NCBI GenBank assembly: GCA_049241465.1
Contig: JBMLQR010000315.1
Span: 1-41,026 of the forward strand
Length of the DNA: 41,026 bases
From: Saprospiraceae bacterium
GTDB lineage: Bacteria > Bacteroidota > Bacteroidia > Chitinophagales > Saprospiraceae
Direction: 5' to 3'
This document shows positions 8,401 to 18,088 of this stretch, in pieces. Both the position numbers and the translations under genes were made by a program. Within the stretch, counting starts at the first letter, position 1; each line of letters opens with the position of its first letter. The notes below the pieces were generated by a model, which saw only the letters and a program-made list of their open reading frames with translations, was not told where the DNA came from and did no database searches.

Positions 8401-10741
8401 CTTCAAATAAGAGGTAATTACCTTTTAGTAACTTAGCAAGTATATTTTTTAACTGTGGAAGATCAATGTTATCATAATTTTTGGCATCTGATAGAATTTG
8501 CTTGATACCTTCTGTAGAAATATTCTTTTCGTTTTTTACTCTTTGTTGAATGACTTTAAAAAGTTTCGCTGAAATAGTTTTTTTATTTAAAAATAAAGAT
8601 TGATAAAAAACACTACTTTCAAGGGGTATTTTTTGACTAAGCAAAGTTATTAACTCAGCGACAAAATTTGGGAAATGTTCGTGTTTTTCAGGCTTTTCCA
8701 TCCATTTATTAATCAAAATAATATAGAAAGCAGGTTGGCTAACAAATATCTTAAGGGAAGGATGAATAGTAGTAACATTTTTTATAAACTCTTTAAATAA
8801 TGGGAAATTGGCTCTTAGCAACCTATTAAATAAATTATCTAATTGAGGAAGATTAAGTTGATCATAATTTTTGGCATCGGATAAAATTTGTTTGATACCT
8901 TCTGCTGAAATGTTCTTTTCGTCTTTTGCTCTTTGTTGTATGACTTTAAAAAGTTTCGCTGAAATAGCTTTTTTATTTAGAAGTAAAGATTGATAAAAAA
9001 CACCGCTTTCAAGGGGTATTTTTTGACTAAGTAAAGTTATTAACTCATCGATAAAAGAAGAGAAATGCTCATTTCGTTCAAGCCTTTCCATCCATTTATT
9101 TATTAAATTAATATAAAAAGCCGGTTGGCTAATAAATATCTTTAGGGAAGGATATAAACAGGTAACATTTTTAATAAACTCTTCAAACAAAGGGAAATTG
9201 GTACCTAAGTATTTTCCCAGAATATTTTTTAATTGAAACAGATTGAGTTTAGCATAATTGGGGAAATCTATGGTTAAACTTTGTTCATCTTTTAAAAATT
9301 GAATTAAAGGTTTGTTTTTTATTTTTGGTGAATAGGAGAGTGAGGCTTCATAAAATTGTCTAATTAAAAATTCTTTATTTAGGCTAAATGTTTTGGTAAT
9401 ATTTTTTATGATCTGACTAGCTGATATACTACTTGATTTTTTTTCTGCAAAGGAATATGATAAAATATGGGAATAGATAATTCCCCTAACATTAACGTTA
9501 CTATTTGAAAAAATAAAAAATTTATTGTTTAAATATTTGAATGAATCAATCAGTGAATTAGCCATTTCTAAATGAGGTTCATGCCATATCTCCATCATTT
9601 CAAATAGTAAACCTTCTGAGAAAAGGGAGGCTACATGCACTTTACTGATATTGAATTTTCTGTGTAAGCCACTTAATAATTGGAAGGTTTTCTGCTTATT
9701 TTGGCGCAGCATAAGACGAATTAAACGGTCTCTTTCTTTTTTTGATTTATATTTTCCTGCTAATTGATTTGGATTGGATGTATAAAAAAGAGTTAGTAAT
9801 TCATTATATTCCTTAAAATAGAGGTTTTTGGAGGGCTTTGGTAAGGTAATAGTCAGGAAATCTCTTTTCAAAAGTTCTTTAACTATATTTTTGATGCCAA
9901 ATGTTTGTGGGTATGTTTCAGGAAGAGTTCTGATTGCCTCATTAATTCTATCCAATATGGTCTTATAAGAAATACCATATCGTTTTGAAAGTAATAGTAG
10001 CTGCTTTTTAAAAAAAGAAGTTTGGTCAATACTGGTTGCAGTATGTGAAACTAAATAAGTGAGAATAAGCTCCTGTAAAACTTTCTTGAAAGCACGATCT
10101 TCTTCTTCAACCACTTTTTGCTTCTGATGAATTTCAGTAAGATCGGTTGCATATTGCTTGAAAAAAGAGGAAGGTCTGGGACTTAAAATGCCAAATAGTT
10201 GATATAAGGTTTCGTCTTTAAATTGATAAACAATTCTTTTTCTATTATCCTTATTTTTCCCTAAGGTGAAAATAAGATTTTTAGTTTTAATACTTTCTTC
10301 CCTGATATATTTTTTTAATGATTCATCTGGTAAAAATCGTGGATTAACGCCCCACCAGGGAAGATTTCCATAGGTTATAAAATGTTTAATCAAATTAAAT
10401 TCTCTATCAGACAGCGAAAATGTTTTAATCTCTTTATCTGTAGTATAATTATTAGTGGAGAATTTTTCTTCAAACCATTTTCCCAAGCCTATTTTAAACT
10501 GTGAAATTATATGGTTCCTGGTATCTGTTACAGAAATATTTTCAAGATCCAATGTTATTTCTGGAATACGAATAATCTGATCTTGAATATTATATTTATT
10601 TAATATTACATCTAATATAGCATTTAATTCATGTTCTGTTATGCTTGAAATTAAATCAGAGATATAGTTAAATTGTTTTTCACTGGGAATTTGAATATCA
10701 AAAGTCAGTTTTTCAATGGTATGTTCATCCTTATTATTCAT
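5489..10741 (-). CDS. Putative CIS tape-measure protein (Afp14/Pvc14 position)
   Basis: 1750-aa ORF with an ATG start. It is the last gene of the operon, directly after the baseplate genes, which is the Afp14 position. The sequence is helical, K/E/L/I-rich and of low complexity. The C-terminal block SIYIANAGLILLWPFLGRFFRRLNLVG matches my recollection of the conserved C-terminal signature of Afp14-type tape-measure proteins. It contains 130-aa tandem repeats. Confidence 0.6.
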   Translation of the reverse strand: MNNKDEHTIEKLTFDIQIPSEKQFNYISDLISSITEHELNAILDVILNKYNIQDQIIRIPEITLDLENISVTDTRNHIISQFKIGLGKWFEEKFSTNNYTTDKEIKTFSLSDREFNLIKHFITYGNLPWWGVNPRFLPDESLKKYIREESIKTKNLIFTLGKNKDNRKRIVYQFKDETLYQLFGILSPRPSSFFKQYATDLTEIHQKQKVVEEEDRAFKKVLQELILTYLVSHTATSIDQTSFFKKQLLLLSKRYGISYKTILDRINEAIRTLPETYPQTFGIKNIVKELLKRDFLTITLPKPSKNLYFKEYNELLTLFYTSNPNQLAGKYKSKKERDRLIRLMLRQNKQKTFQLLSGLHRKFNISKVHVASLFSEGLLFEMMEIWHEPHLEMANSLIDSFKYLNNKFFIFSNSNVNVRGIIYSHILSYSFAEKKSSSISASQIIKNITKTFSLNKEFLIRQFYEASLSYSPKIKNKPLIQFLKDEQSLTIDFPNYAKLNLFQLKNILGKYLGTNFPLFEEFIKNVTCLYPSLKIFISQPAFYINLINKWMERLERNEHFSSFIDELITLLSQKIPLESGVFYQSLLLNKKAISAKLFKVIQQRAKDEKNISAEGIKQILSDAKNYDQLNLPQLDNLFNRLLRANFPLFKEFIKNVTTIHPSLKIFVSQPAFYIILINKWMEKPEKHEHFPNFVAELITLLSQKIPLESSVFYQSLFLNKKTISAKLFKVIQQRVKNEKNISTEGIKQILSDAKNYDNIDLPQLKNILAKLLKGNYLLFEEFIKKVFSIYPSLKSFINQPAFYIFLINIVLLNQSDINKIEHFLLKVISKLANKSKTPIKTFIYPLLKTNSVIPDKLTKTLRLVYETILEKNPTYAETVETTFKASESIEKLIDILGNSLFNEFIGNEDTDKTTLFLEVLLVQRELVLERLFERKFNPAIPFLLVNGLPEEALQFLQMSIAGESYTELINASNDLKQWFSRYNIIKLPRNKIGLWVKQNTLHFILLNERSKFKTADFYQFILEKLQKERILQLKELDKTIDNLPFAFKSEIFDFISEQNNMPLPKAWRDNQFYSDVLIHYLLTGKIQGWLDNPYLEIKELDYIFNEAIKSENLSLIKGILAIPMTNNVLNRIFSLIGRKDPLVIIHLINKIFPQKSILSFYQSVYKITEGLNISSEIKRSIFIVFMQNKMWTIINPILRFEMITDGINKMYNTKIKLDEAEISGQSFKITWLQYYLESGFWPEGFPEEKISLYIAFLKSSILENPILLLNITENLSYYSFHQNILRVIFSTKEIAFIFKEILKIKNINSIHLENIIEIYLLKGTKYVNVKKLEILFDSLLSLLLFERNQNISIDNQLMSDLGNTITEINNIEKPKIKSQNSFSAWDKEISLLDYYLTYGSIPIEHPYFDAKKWHFLIENLKINAPRNLMYKLHFWSKTPYKINRLLELVSENTSISLISLINKELYEQIIFLEKLIDHVTGENLRQKLGFKDEKTFIKNILYMWSKSQKIQPSPIPIIYLFYSMYVEKKRIQPNILLALIVEKVKNVSSKQINVIKSLQKYAKDTYIEKKIKKETPVIPEGLSPESIYIANAGLILLWPFLGRFFRRLNLVGAKEFIDESSRMRAILLIQYLVTGKKEAPEYELALNKLLCGAGMDLEIDLEIEITEEEINLSNSLLTGAITNWEKLKGTRIGTFRETFLQRNGSLYYMNNRWELKVEKKAYDLLLETLPWGIQMIQMSWMKERLVILWR
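8090..9259 (-). repeat. Three tandem copies of a 390-bp (130-aa) unit inside the putative tape-measure gene
   Basis: The same string atcataattt / agcataattg recurs at 8471, 8861 and 9251, giving a period of exactly 390 bp, in frame. Copies 8480-8869 and 8870-9259 share long identical runs, for example atgactttaaaaagtttcgctgaaatag and ctttcaaggggtattttttgactaag. By my hand alignment they are about 76% identical at the protein level (99 of 130). The third copy (8090-8479) keeps the N-terminal half (NYDNIDLPQLKNIL...QPAFYIFLIN) and then diverges. Confidence 0.9.
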
Positions 10742-10754
10742 TGCTGATTATTTT

Positions 10755-13529
10755 CTAATCGTAAGAAAGAAGAAGCTGAACAAGTTGCAGAGAAAGGTTA
10801 TCTAGGGAATTAAAATCAGGATTTAATTTTTGTTTCTCTTCCAGCCATTTTTGATATAAAGCTTCAAAAATGCTCATTTTTTCGATATCAATAAAAAATA
10901 ATTTAATATTAAAATGGGCTGGAATTAAACTATCCAGGATATCTTTTAACAGAATTTTAAAATCTTCATTTTGAAATCTTGCTGGCCAATTTGGAAAAAT
11001 GATACTTGCGGAATTAGAAAATTCAAAGGTTAGGGGGAACATAGTAGCTGGAGATGATTCCTGTAAAATTTCAAAAGATGACTCCAATTCTTTTTTACCA
11101 TCAACAATATCCTTAAAGTATTGCATAGCTATTTCCATTTCTTTTTCAGCAACGAAAGTGGAGTAAAATTCCTTTTGAATCTTTCCTATCATTTCGTTCC
11201 GATCATTGTATAGTACAACTTGATATTTAGTTTGTTGTACTAATTCAATAATTCCATAATTTTCCTTTTTCAAGGCTATAAATGGAAAATCCTCAACTAA
11301 ATTTTTCAGTTTGACTAAATTATTTGATACTATTCCTTTAATATATATATCACCCTTTTCGTCATAAAAATATAAAGAATAAATTATAGCCTCCAGCGGC
11401 CTGAGTAAAATATGTTCTATGAGGTGAAAACCTTCACATAACTCGTTTAAAGAAATAAAACGTTCTGTTGCCTTATTTAATTTATCAAGACAATGACTTT
11501 CTGCTTGTGATTCAAATATTACGGTTTCAATATTTATATGAGGACTTTTATAAATTAGATGGTAAATAAAATCAGGATAAGAACCTGTTCGTACTAATTT
11601 GTAGTATTGATTTGTAATACCGTGTAAGAATAAATCATGAATTAAATGACTATTTTCTGCATAGAAAAATAATTTATCGTTTTCATAAGCTCCATCTTTT
11701 AATCTTAGCACCTCTAATTGTTGATTATTTTCAAGCGTTAAGGAAGTATTAACCCAATTTTGTTTTAGATTTTCATCTCTGTTTATATTTGCATACTGAA
11801 GTAGTGGTTTAACTAATGATTTTATTTCCAGGTTTTTAATATTGAGAAGAAGACTTAATTTTTGAGCAATACCTGAAATATTTTTAGTCTCCCAGGACGG
11901 TTTCAAGTAATTAAAGCCAACACCTCTTTTATATCCTATAGGTAAGATTTGTTCAAGAAATCGTATTTTTGCAAGAATCATCTCTTTTTCTACAGCTAGT
12001 TTTGAGGATAAACCTCGAAGGTTTTCAAATTTTTTCAATATATCATCGGGAAATGTTTCCCCGAAGCGAGCTAATAAATGGTCAAGAATCCTATTTCTTC
12101 TTTCAAAAAAAGGATCCATCTCGGCAGTTATTTTTCCCAGATTCCTTTCATACTGATCTATATTCTCTCCAATTACTATTTTATTAAGCTGTGGAATATC
12201 ATGAGGTACTTGAAAAAAATAGGATTGATTTAGCTCGGGATTTATAGAATATAAATTTTTTGTATTCACTAATTGAGCTAAATAGTTTGCTAATATTTGT
12301 TCGAAAAACGTTAAATAAGCTTTAAGTTGGAAGGCTTGCGCCCGTCTTTGATAGGAAGCAGATGATGGTAGAGAATTCTCTTTAAGACCATAAATATCTG
12401 GCAATTCATTTTGAATGGAATAATAAGCGTTGATTTCTTCTGCATTAAACCGGCCTTGAATAATTTCTTGTGAAACTATTTTTGGTGTTCTGTAGTTTTG
12501 CAAACTATCTGCGATTTGTGAATTGAAAAATTGTTGTGTGGTTTGTAAATCAGTTTTATACTGAAGATTATTTTTTAAAATAATTATATTATTTCCTGAG
12601 TATTCATTTTGCAATAAATTTTTATCCAAAATAGGAAATTCATCGTTTTCAAAGGTTATTAAATTTTCATGGCAACGGACCTCATTTTTCATTAAACTAA
12701 GTTCCTCTACAAATTTCACACCAATGACATCAGCAATTAGTTCTTTTAATCTTGATAAATATATTCCATTTACGGCTGGTTTTAAAGCGGAATCATCTAA
12801 ATAACCATAAGGAAGTAAAGGTCCCTGAAAAATAATATCTGGATCAATCCCTTCTTTTAATAAATCATCAGGATGTTGGAATTTTATTTCAGGATTTAAG
12901 AATTCATTGATTTTTGCAAAAATTTGAGCTAATAATAATTCACCAACGGCATCAGGATCGATTTGAATTTTACCTTGGAGGCTTATTTTCACTCCTGTCA
13001 TAATAATTACTTTATTGATATCAAAGCCAATTAATCTGTTTGCATGGAATTCATTTTTAACTTTAACTATTAGATCTTCTTTTTCTTCTGACTTTAGTTC
13101 TTTGCCAGCTTGAACTAGTATGTCAATCAGACCTTGATAACCAGCTCCATCATCTTTTATAGGATGTATCCAACAATTTTTTATTTCTGGAATATTCCCA
13201 AGCAATAATTTTCTATAATCATTAATGATAATGGGACTTGATGGAAATATCTGAGAAGGTGGGAACAATAAATTATCTGAATTTTTATGGTCTTTATCAT
13301 TTTTAAGATATAATAAATCTGTTATTGGAAATTGCGTTCTGTAGGCTAAATCAGTTATTGCATAGCACAATTGCTCCATAAAGGTAACCCCAGGGTCATG
13401 ATAGTTATAATCGGTCCAAATATTTCCAGAAAATTGCTGAGAAAAATATAGCGCTTTTTCCCTCAACCATTCATAGTCAAGGGCTGGTTGTTCATAATTA
13501 GCTTTACTTACTGTTTGTGCTTTTTTCAT
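10755..13529 (-). CDS. CIS baseplate wedge protein (Afp12/Pvc12 position)
   Basis: 924-aa ORF with an ATG start. The N-terminal WTDYNYHDPGVTFMEQLCYAITDLAYRTQF resembles the DPG..(L/F).E....D.L.YR motif I recall at the N-termini of phage/CIS baseplate assembly proteins. It lies downstream of the Baseplate_J-like gene, as afp12 does. Confidence 0.5.
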   Translation of the reverse strand: MKKAQTVSKANYEQPALDYEWLREKALYFSQQFSGNIWTDYNYHDPGVTFMEQLCYAITDLAYRTQFPITDLLYLKNDKDHKNSDNLLFPPSQIFPSSPIIINDYRKLLLGNIPEIKNCWIHPIKDDGAGYQGLIDILVQAGKELKSEEKEDLIVKVKNEFHANRLIGFDINKVIIMTGVKISLQGKIQIDPDAVGELLLAQIFAKINEFLNPEIKFQHPDDLLKEGIDPDIIFQGPLLPYGYLDDSALKPAVNGIYLSRLKELIADVIGVKFVEELSLMKNEVRCHENLITFENDEFPILDKNLLQNEYSGNNIIILKNNLQYKTDLQTTQQFFNSQIADSLQNYRTPKIVSQEIIQGRFNAEEINAYYSIQNELPDIYGLKENSLPSSASYQRRAQAFQLKAYLTFFEQILANYLAQLVNTKNLYSINPELNQSYFFQVPHDIPQLNKIVIGENIDQYERNLGKITAEMDPFFERRNRILDHLLARFGETFPDDILKKFENLRGLSSKLAVEKEMILAKIRFLEQILPIGYKRGVGFNYLKPSWETKNISGIAQKLSLLLNIKNLEIKSLVKPLLQYANINRDENLKQNWVNTSLTLENNQQLEVLRLKDGAYENDKLFFYAENSHLIHDLFLHGITNQYYKLVRTGSYPDFIYHLIYKSPHINIETVIFESQAESHCLDKLNKATERFISLNELCEGFHLIEHILLRPLEAIIYSLYFYDEKGDIYIKGIVSNNLVKLKNLVEDFPFIALKKENYGIIELVQQTKYQVVLYNDRNEMIGKIQKEFYSTFVAEKEMEIAMQYFKDIVDGKKELESSFEILQESSPATMFPLTFEFSNSASIIFPNWPARFQNEDFKILLKDILDSLIPAHFNIKLFFIDIEKMSIFEALYQKWLEEKQKLNPDFNSLDNLSLQLVQLLLSYD

Positions 13530-13544
13530 TATACTTATTAGACT

Positions 13545-14288
13545 TTATTCTGAAATAGACCAAAGCAGGGTTACATGAAATTTAATTTGATAGGGTTCTG
13601 CATTTTGATCATTCAAGCCATAATGTCTTCTGGTTCTGACCTGTAAGGCATAATTATTAACCGATCCAGTCCATCGGAATTGTAATTGATTTAAAAATCC
13701 ACCATAATTGGCCGCAGTTTTCCGAATCGACCATTTTGACAAATAACCACCAAAAGTAGCTAAGGCAATAGCATGGGCAATAGCATATCGACCACTTCCT
13801 TTTTTACCACTTATCTGTGCCATGATCTCAAAGGCATTTATCTCGTCAAGTTCAGCTATAACATTATGCCATTTTCCATCACCTGGAACTTGTCCCTCTA
13901 CAAAAGTTCCCTTTCTTGCATCCATCCCAATGCAACCCTTTACTTCTAATTTTGAGGTAGGGTTTGAAATGCCAATACCAATGTTTCCACCATTTTTTAA
14001 TACAAGCCTATGATCATTATCAGTTTGATGAAAAGTTAATCCTTTTGAATTTCCTCCATTTAAGCTAATAAACCAATCTGGACTTGATTTTTGTGAATTT
14101 TCATAAAAAGAGAGAAGTCTTTTTGAATAACCCATAGGAGAGATTCGAAAGCCATCTTCCACGCTTCTTCCTATACCATCTTCCACAATATTAATGGACG
14201 AATCTATCAAGTCAGCAAAATTAGTTTCTGTAGGAACACTACCTTTCCTAAAGAAATTTTTCAAGGTTATCCTATTTAAAATAGCCAT
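13545..14288 (-). CDS. Small fibre-like or baseplate-peripheral protein (possible receptor-binding component)
   Basis: 247-aa ORF. The N-terminal LKNFFRKGSVPTETNFADLIDS and the internal GGNIGIGISNPTSKLEVKG resemble motifs I recall from Bacteroidota/cyanobacterial tail-fibre-like proteins. It sits between the two wedge genes. The function is not established. Confidence 0.35.
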   Translation of the reverse strand: MAILNRITLKNFFRKGSVPTETNFADLIDSSINIVEDGIGRSVEDGFRISPMGYSKRLLSFYENSQKSSPDWFISLNGGNSKGLTFHQTDNDHRLVLKNGGNIGIGISNPTSKLEVKGCIGMDARKGTFVEGQVPGDGKWHNVIAELDEINAFEIMAQISGKKGSGRYAIAHAIALATFGGYLSKWSIRKTAANYGGFLNQLQFRWTGSVNNYALQVRTRRHYGLNDQNAEPYQIKFHVTLLWSISE

Positions 14289-14294
14289 GATTAT

Positions 14295-17200
14295 TTAAAA
14301 ATTGAGGGTGAATAAAGTAGGAAATTGGCTTGCTCCATTTAACATCTCATTTTTATCCTTTATTTCTAAGTCACCCGCCGATAGAGGATTATCAGATGCA
14401 ACGACGAAGGTGTTTCCAATACGGAAATCAGAGAGGTCTGCCGGTTCAGGAGCATAAAATTGGGGCTTTTCTAATATCGTAATATCATTAGAAAAACTTG
14501 GTATTAAAACAGACCAAGGGGTTCCTCCTTTTAATAAACTATCTGTCGATTCTATATCTGAAGCGGTATCTTTTAATAAATATAGCCCATTATCATTTAT
14601 TTGTAATTGAATGACTGAAAGACCGGTTAAAAATTTCACATAAGGTCTGGATTCCACAAATTGTATTAGAGCAGATTTTTTAATTGAACCACCTAAAGAT
14701 GCGTCCACATTGTCATTGTAGAACCACGGACATATAAATTGGAGTAAATCTTTTTGTAATTCTCTGATAAAACGACCTGTTGATTTACCCTCAAATATTA
14801 CTTTTGCTTTTAGTCTGAGATATTCATAACTGGGATTCCTAATTTCAAGCTTTAGAAAAGGACTGGTGTGAGCAATGATGAAAGCTCTAATTTCTTCTAT
14901 GAGCTCTGGATTTAATTTAGGTTCATAAAATTGTTTTTCACCTTTTACTTTTGGTGTTGCAACGATAACAATTTCCCCTTTAGAAATGAAACTTTCATGA
15001 CTATTGTTTCCAATACACTTTACTTGATTTAATTCATCAAATCTATTTAAAAGCATGTGTTCAATATCCCATTTCGTCAAACATCGGTTTTTATGCCTGA
15101 TTCGTTCTGCTACTCTGGTATGAAAAATATCATCTGATTCATGGTGGGTTCCATTGAAGGAATCTAATGGTTGTTTAATATTCATAATTCCTTCTATCGG
15201 AATAAAAATATCACTGATACTATTTGCTGGTAATTGAATAGGATGGTTTATTGAATCTGTGGTATATTGATAAGTAGCAGTTGTTGCATTAGTATAAATG
15301 GATATTATTTTACTAAATAAATCTGCTTTTTGTCTGGTTACTGCTCTTATCCAATAATTATCCCCGGATAAAATATCATTGTTTTTAGTCAAATTTGTGG
15401 GAAGTACAAAACTAATAATACCTGTGACCATGAGGTTTCTGGTTCCATCATTTAAGATACCATCATGTTCAAAATCAAGCCATTCTTCGCGAGAAAGATA
15501 TTGCCATTTAACATCAGGTCTATGTCCAATTTCCCACTGTTCACTTCTTTTTGTATGAAATAAAAGATTTAGTTGCTGGGGTAAATTTAAATTTTCAATG
15601 CCTATAAAAAGATAGCCTTCTTCCGGTAAGCTTGGTATTATTTGTTTTCTTTTGGGTTTGCCTTCTGAAAAAATATTTTCTATGCCGTAAGGATGTAAAT
15701 GGTAAATTTTCTCCTCTTTAACCGGGTTATTTTCATAGAGTTTTGTTTCATCAAACTGGAATTTGCTTTTAGATGAATAGGATATTTTGATATCAGAAAC
15801 TATTGGAAAAACGGGATTATTTGGTACCAATTTTACTGGCTTTTCTCCGGAAAGCAAGGAATTTGGTTTTGCATTTTCGGTAACTGCACTTACAAAAATT
15901 TTTGGATATAACTCAAAACCAAAACCCATGGGAGGATTTGATAAAGTAAATTTAAGAAATCCTGTTTGTTTTTCCCTGTTATACTGCTCCGTTACTTCTT
16001 CTGTTAGGTTGTAATTCGGTTTGATTTGAAGTTTGGAAAAATCAATCTGATCAAAGGTGACCTTTTCAGGAATACCATCTACAGGTTCTGAATTGAATAA
16101 GGAAAATTTTTGTGCTTCAACACGATTTTCAGGATTAAATTGAAAATTAGAGAGGCCGGTCAGACTTACCGTAAAAGATTTGGCTTCGATATTTTTTTGA
16201 TAAGCCTCATAATGGGAAGCAAATGTCCCACCATCGAGGCCTATGGGTTGGTATTCCAGGGCTATTTTTAAATCGTCTAAATCTTTTGAAAATAATTCAG
16301 TACTTCCAACTACAAAATAGGATCCGATGTTAGGCATAGGGCCTAAAAGAGGAAATGGGTTGGAAAAATCAATAGCTCCTAAATGATTAAATAAGTTTAT
16401 GTTTTTTAATTTTTTTACTTTAACCCCTAGTTCAATCTCATTTAAGTTCATATTTTCTAAATAAGAATAGGGATGTGTGGTTAGCCCACCACTCATTAAA
16501 ACACGCAAAATGGGTTGTCTTGAATTATATTTACCTAGATGAATTTCTTCATTAAATGGTATAATAGCCGGAGTAGATTCGTCAAGTTCGAAGGTAAGGG
16601 TGATTGGATCTTTTGTCCAATCAGCAGGTGTAATGACACGATAACTATTTGGAGATACCCAACCATCTTTCGCAGTTAAGGATATGGTGAAAGCATGAGA
16701 AAATATTTCGTGAAAAACCTCTTCAGGTGTAATATTTCTTTTTTCTGCAATGTCCAGGAGAAGTAAAGTTAACTTGTCAATCGATTCTGGGGAGAAATAA
16801 AAAGATATAGTAATGGATCGTATTCCACCGCATAATCTTAGGGTAGGGGATGAAATGGCAAATCCAATTTTTATGTTTGACATTGTTTTTTCATCCTCTC
16901 CTAAGAAAAGTTGTTCCTCGCCAAGGGATGCAAATGCTTCGAAATTAGTTGTATCATTAATTTCTTTTCCATAAATACCTGAAACTAATCTAAATTGAGA
17001 ATATACATCTACCAGTGGATTTCTACTAACATAAAGCGTGATTAATTTATTTATGGAAGCTGCAGTTACTTGAATACCCTGGTCAATTTTATATTTTTCG
17101 GGAAAACCCGCTGTATTTTGCCCCGCATGTAAAATAGTATCTTTGTCCAGAATAACATCTTTGTAATCAGGATTTAAAATGGCATAAACAAAAAGTGAAT

Positions 17201-18074
17201 CTGGATTTCCAGTTTTAGGCTTTTGCCCTAAAACCTTAGCGAAGAAGAAGTCTAAATGTTTCTGGGTAAGTTTATTTAAATCGGTTTTTAAAACAGCAAA
17301 TAATTCAAGAAATGCAAAAATTAAACCATTATGAGGTGGATGATTTTCATTCTCATAAAATGTTTTTTTAAATAAATCAGGTGCTTTAAAATTTAAAGAT
17401 CTAAAGATGGAAATGATGGGAGGATACAATAAAATAACTTCTTTTAAGGCGTGACTTATTTGTTCTAATTCATTATCACCAAAATGATAAATGGAAATGG
17501 GTTCCGTATCTTCAATTTTCCAAATGGATAAAAAGGATGAATAATCATTTTGCATAGAAATGGGTAGATCACAAGATGTTTTTGCCATGTCATACGCTAT
17601 CAGTTTCGATAGAATGGTGGTTCCTTCAGAAATTATTGCGGTGTAAAGTTCATTTTCGATAGAAGTAACATGAACACCTTTATTTGTTTCAGAAGCCCTT
17701 TTATACCAGGAATTTAAATCTTTTAGAAGGTCCAAACAAAAAATGAAGAATTGTTCAAACTGACTAATTTTAGCTAACAATGCATCATAACCTTCAAATA
17801 AGTTGAGAATTTTTATTTTTTCTTTTTCAATTGATTCAATATTTATACCTGCAATTTCCGCCAATAAAAAGGAATCATCACCCTCAAAAAATGACTTCCA
17901 GGTTTCATTTTCATTCCCATCAATGCCATAGAATTTTAATATCTGCGCATGTTTATATACAAATTGCAGAAAATCACCGGTAGTGCGTTCGTCAGGTAAA
18001 AAATATTGACAATCAAGCGCTTTGTTTATGCGATTTTTCCTTGAAGATCCTTGATAAGAGTATAAAGTATTCAA
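14295..18074 (-). CDS. Large Baseplate_J/gp6-like baseplate wedge protein (Afp11/Pvc11-like with a large N-terminal expansion)
   Basis: 1259-aa ORF. The C-terminal third has a Baseplate_J/gp47-like signature (HTRVAERIRHKNRCLTKWDIEHMLLNRFDELNQVKCIG ... GEIVIVATPKV ... IRNPSYEYLRLKAKV). The only start available after the in-frame stop at 18081-18083 is TTG at 18072-18074. The first in-frame ATG is codon 163. Confidence 0.75.
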   Translation of the reverse strand: MNTLYSYQGSSRKNRINKALDCQYFLPDERTTGDFLQFVYKHAQILKFYGIDGNENETWKSFFEGDDSFLLAEIAGINIESIEKEKIKILNLFEGYDALLAKISQFEQFFIFCLDLLKDLNSWYKRASETNKGVHVTSIENELYTAIISEGTTILSKLIAYDMAKTSCDLPISMQNDYSSFLSIWKIEDTEPISIYHFGDNELEQISHALKEVILLYPPIISIFRSLNFKAPDLFKKTFYENENHPPHNGLIFAFLELFAVLKTDLNKLTQKHLDFFFAKVLGQKPKTGNPDSLFVYAILNPDYKDVILDKDTILHAGQNTAGFPEKYKIDQGIQVTAASINKLITLYVSRNPLVDVYSQFRLVSGIYGKEINDTTNFEAFASLGEEQLFLGEDEKTMSNIKIGFAISSPTLRLCGGIRSITISFYFSPESIDKLTLLLLDIAEKRNITPEEVFHEIFSHAFTISLTAKDGWVSPNSYRVITPADWTKDPITLTFELDESTPAIIPFNEEIHLGKYNSRQPILRVLMSGGLTTHPYSYLENMNLNEIELGVKVKKLKNINLFNHLGAIDFSNPFPLLGPMPNIGSYFVVGSTELFSKDLDDLKIALEYQPIGLDGGTFASHYEAYQKNIEAKSFTVSLTGLSNFQFNPENRVEAQKFSLFNSEPVDGIPEKVTFDQIDFSKLQIKPNYNLTEEVTEQYNREKQTGFLKFTLSNPPMGFGFELYPKIFVSAVTENAKPNSLLSGEKPVKLVPNNPVFPIVSDIKISYSSKSKFQFDETKLYENNPVKEEKIYHLHPYGIENIFSEGKPKRKQIIPSLPEEGYLFIGIENLNLPQQLNLLFHTKRSEQWEIGHRPDVKWQYLSREEWLDFEHDGILNDGTRNLMVTGIISFVLPTNLTKNNDILSGDNYWIRAVTRQKADLFSKIISIYTNATTATYQYTTDSINHPIQLPANSISDIFIPIEGIMNIKQPLDSFNGTHHESDDIFHTRVAERIRHKNRCLTKWDIEHMLLNRFDELNQVKCIGNNSHESFISKGEIVIVATPKVKGEKQFYEPKLNPELIEEIRAFIIAHTSPFLKLEIRNPSYEYLRLKAKVIFEGKSTGRFIRELQKDLLQFICPWFYNDNVDASLGGSIKKSALIQFVESRPYVKFLTGLSVIQLQINDNGLYLLKDTASDIESTDSLLKGGTPWSVLIPSFSNDITILEKPQFYAPEPADLSDFRIGNTFVVASDNPLSAGDLEIKDKNEMLNGASQFPTLFTLNF

Positions 18075-18088
18075 CGTAACTTAATTTG

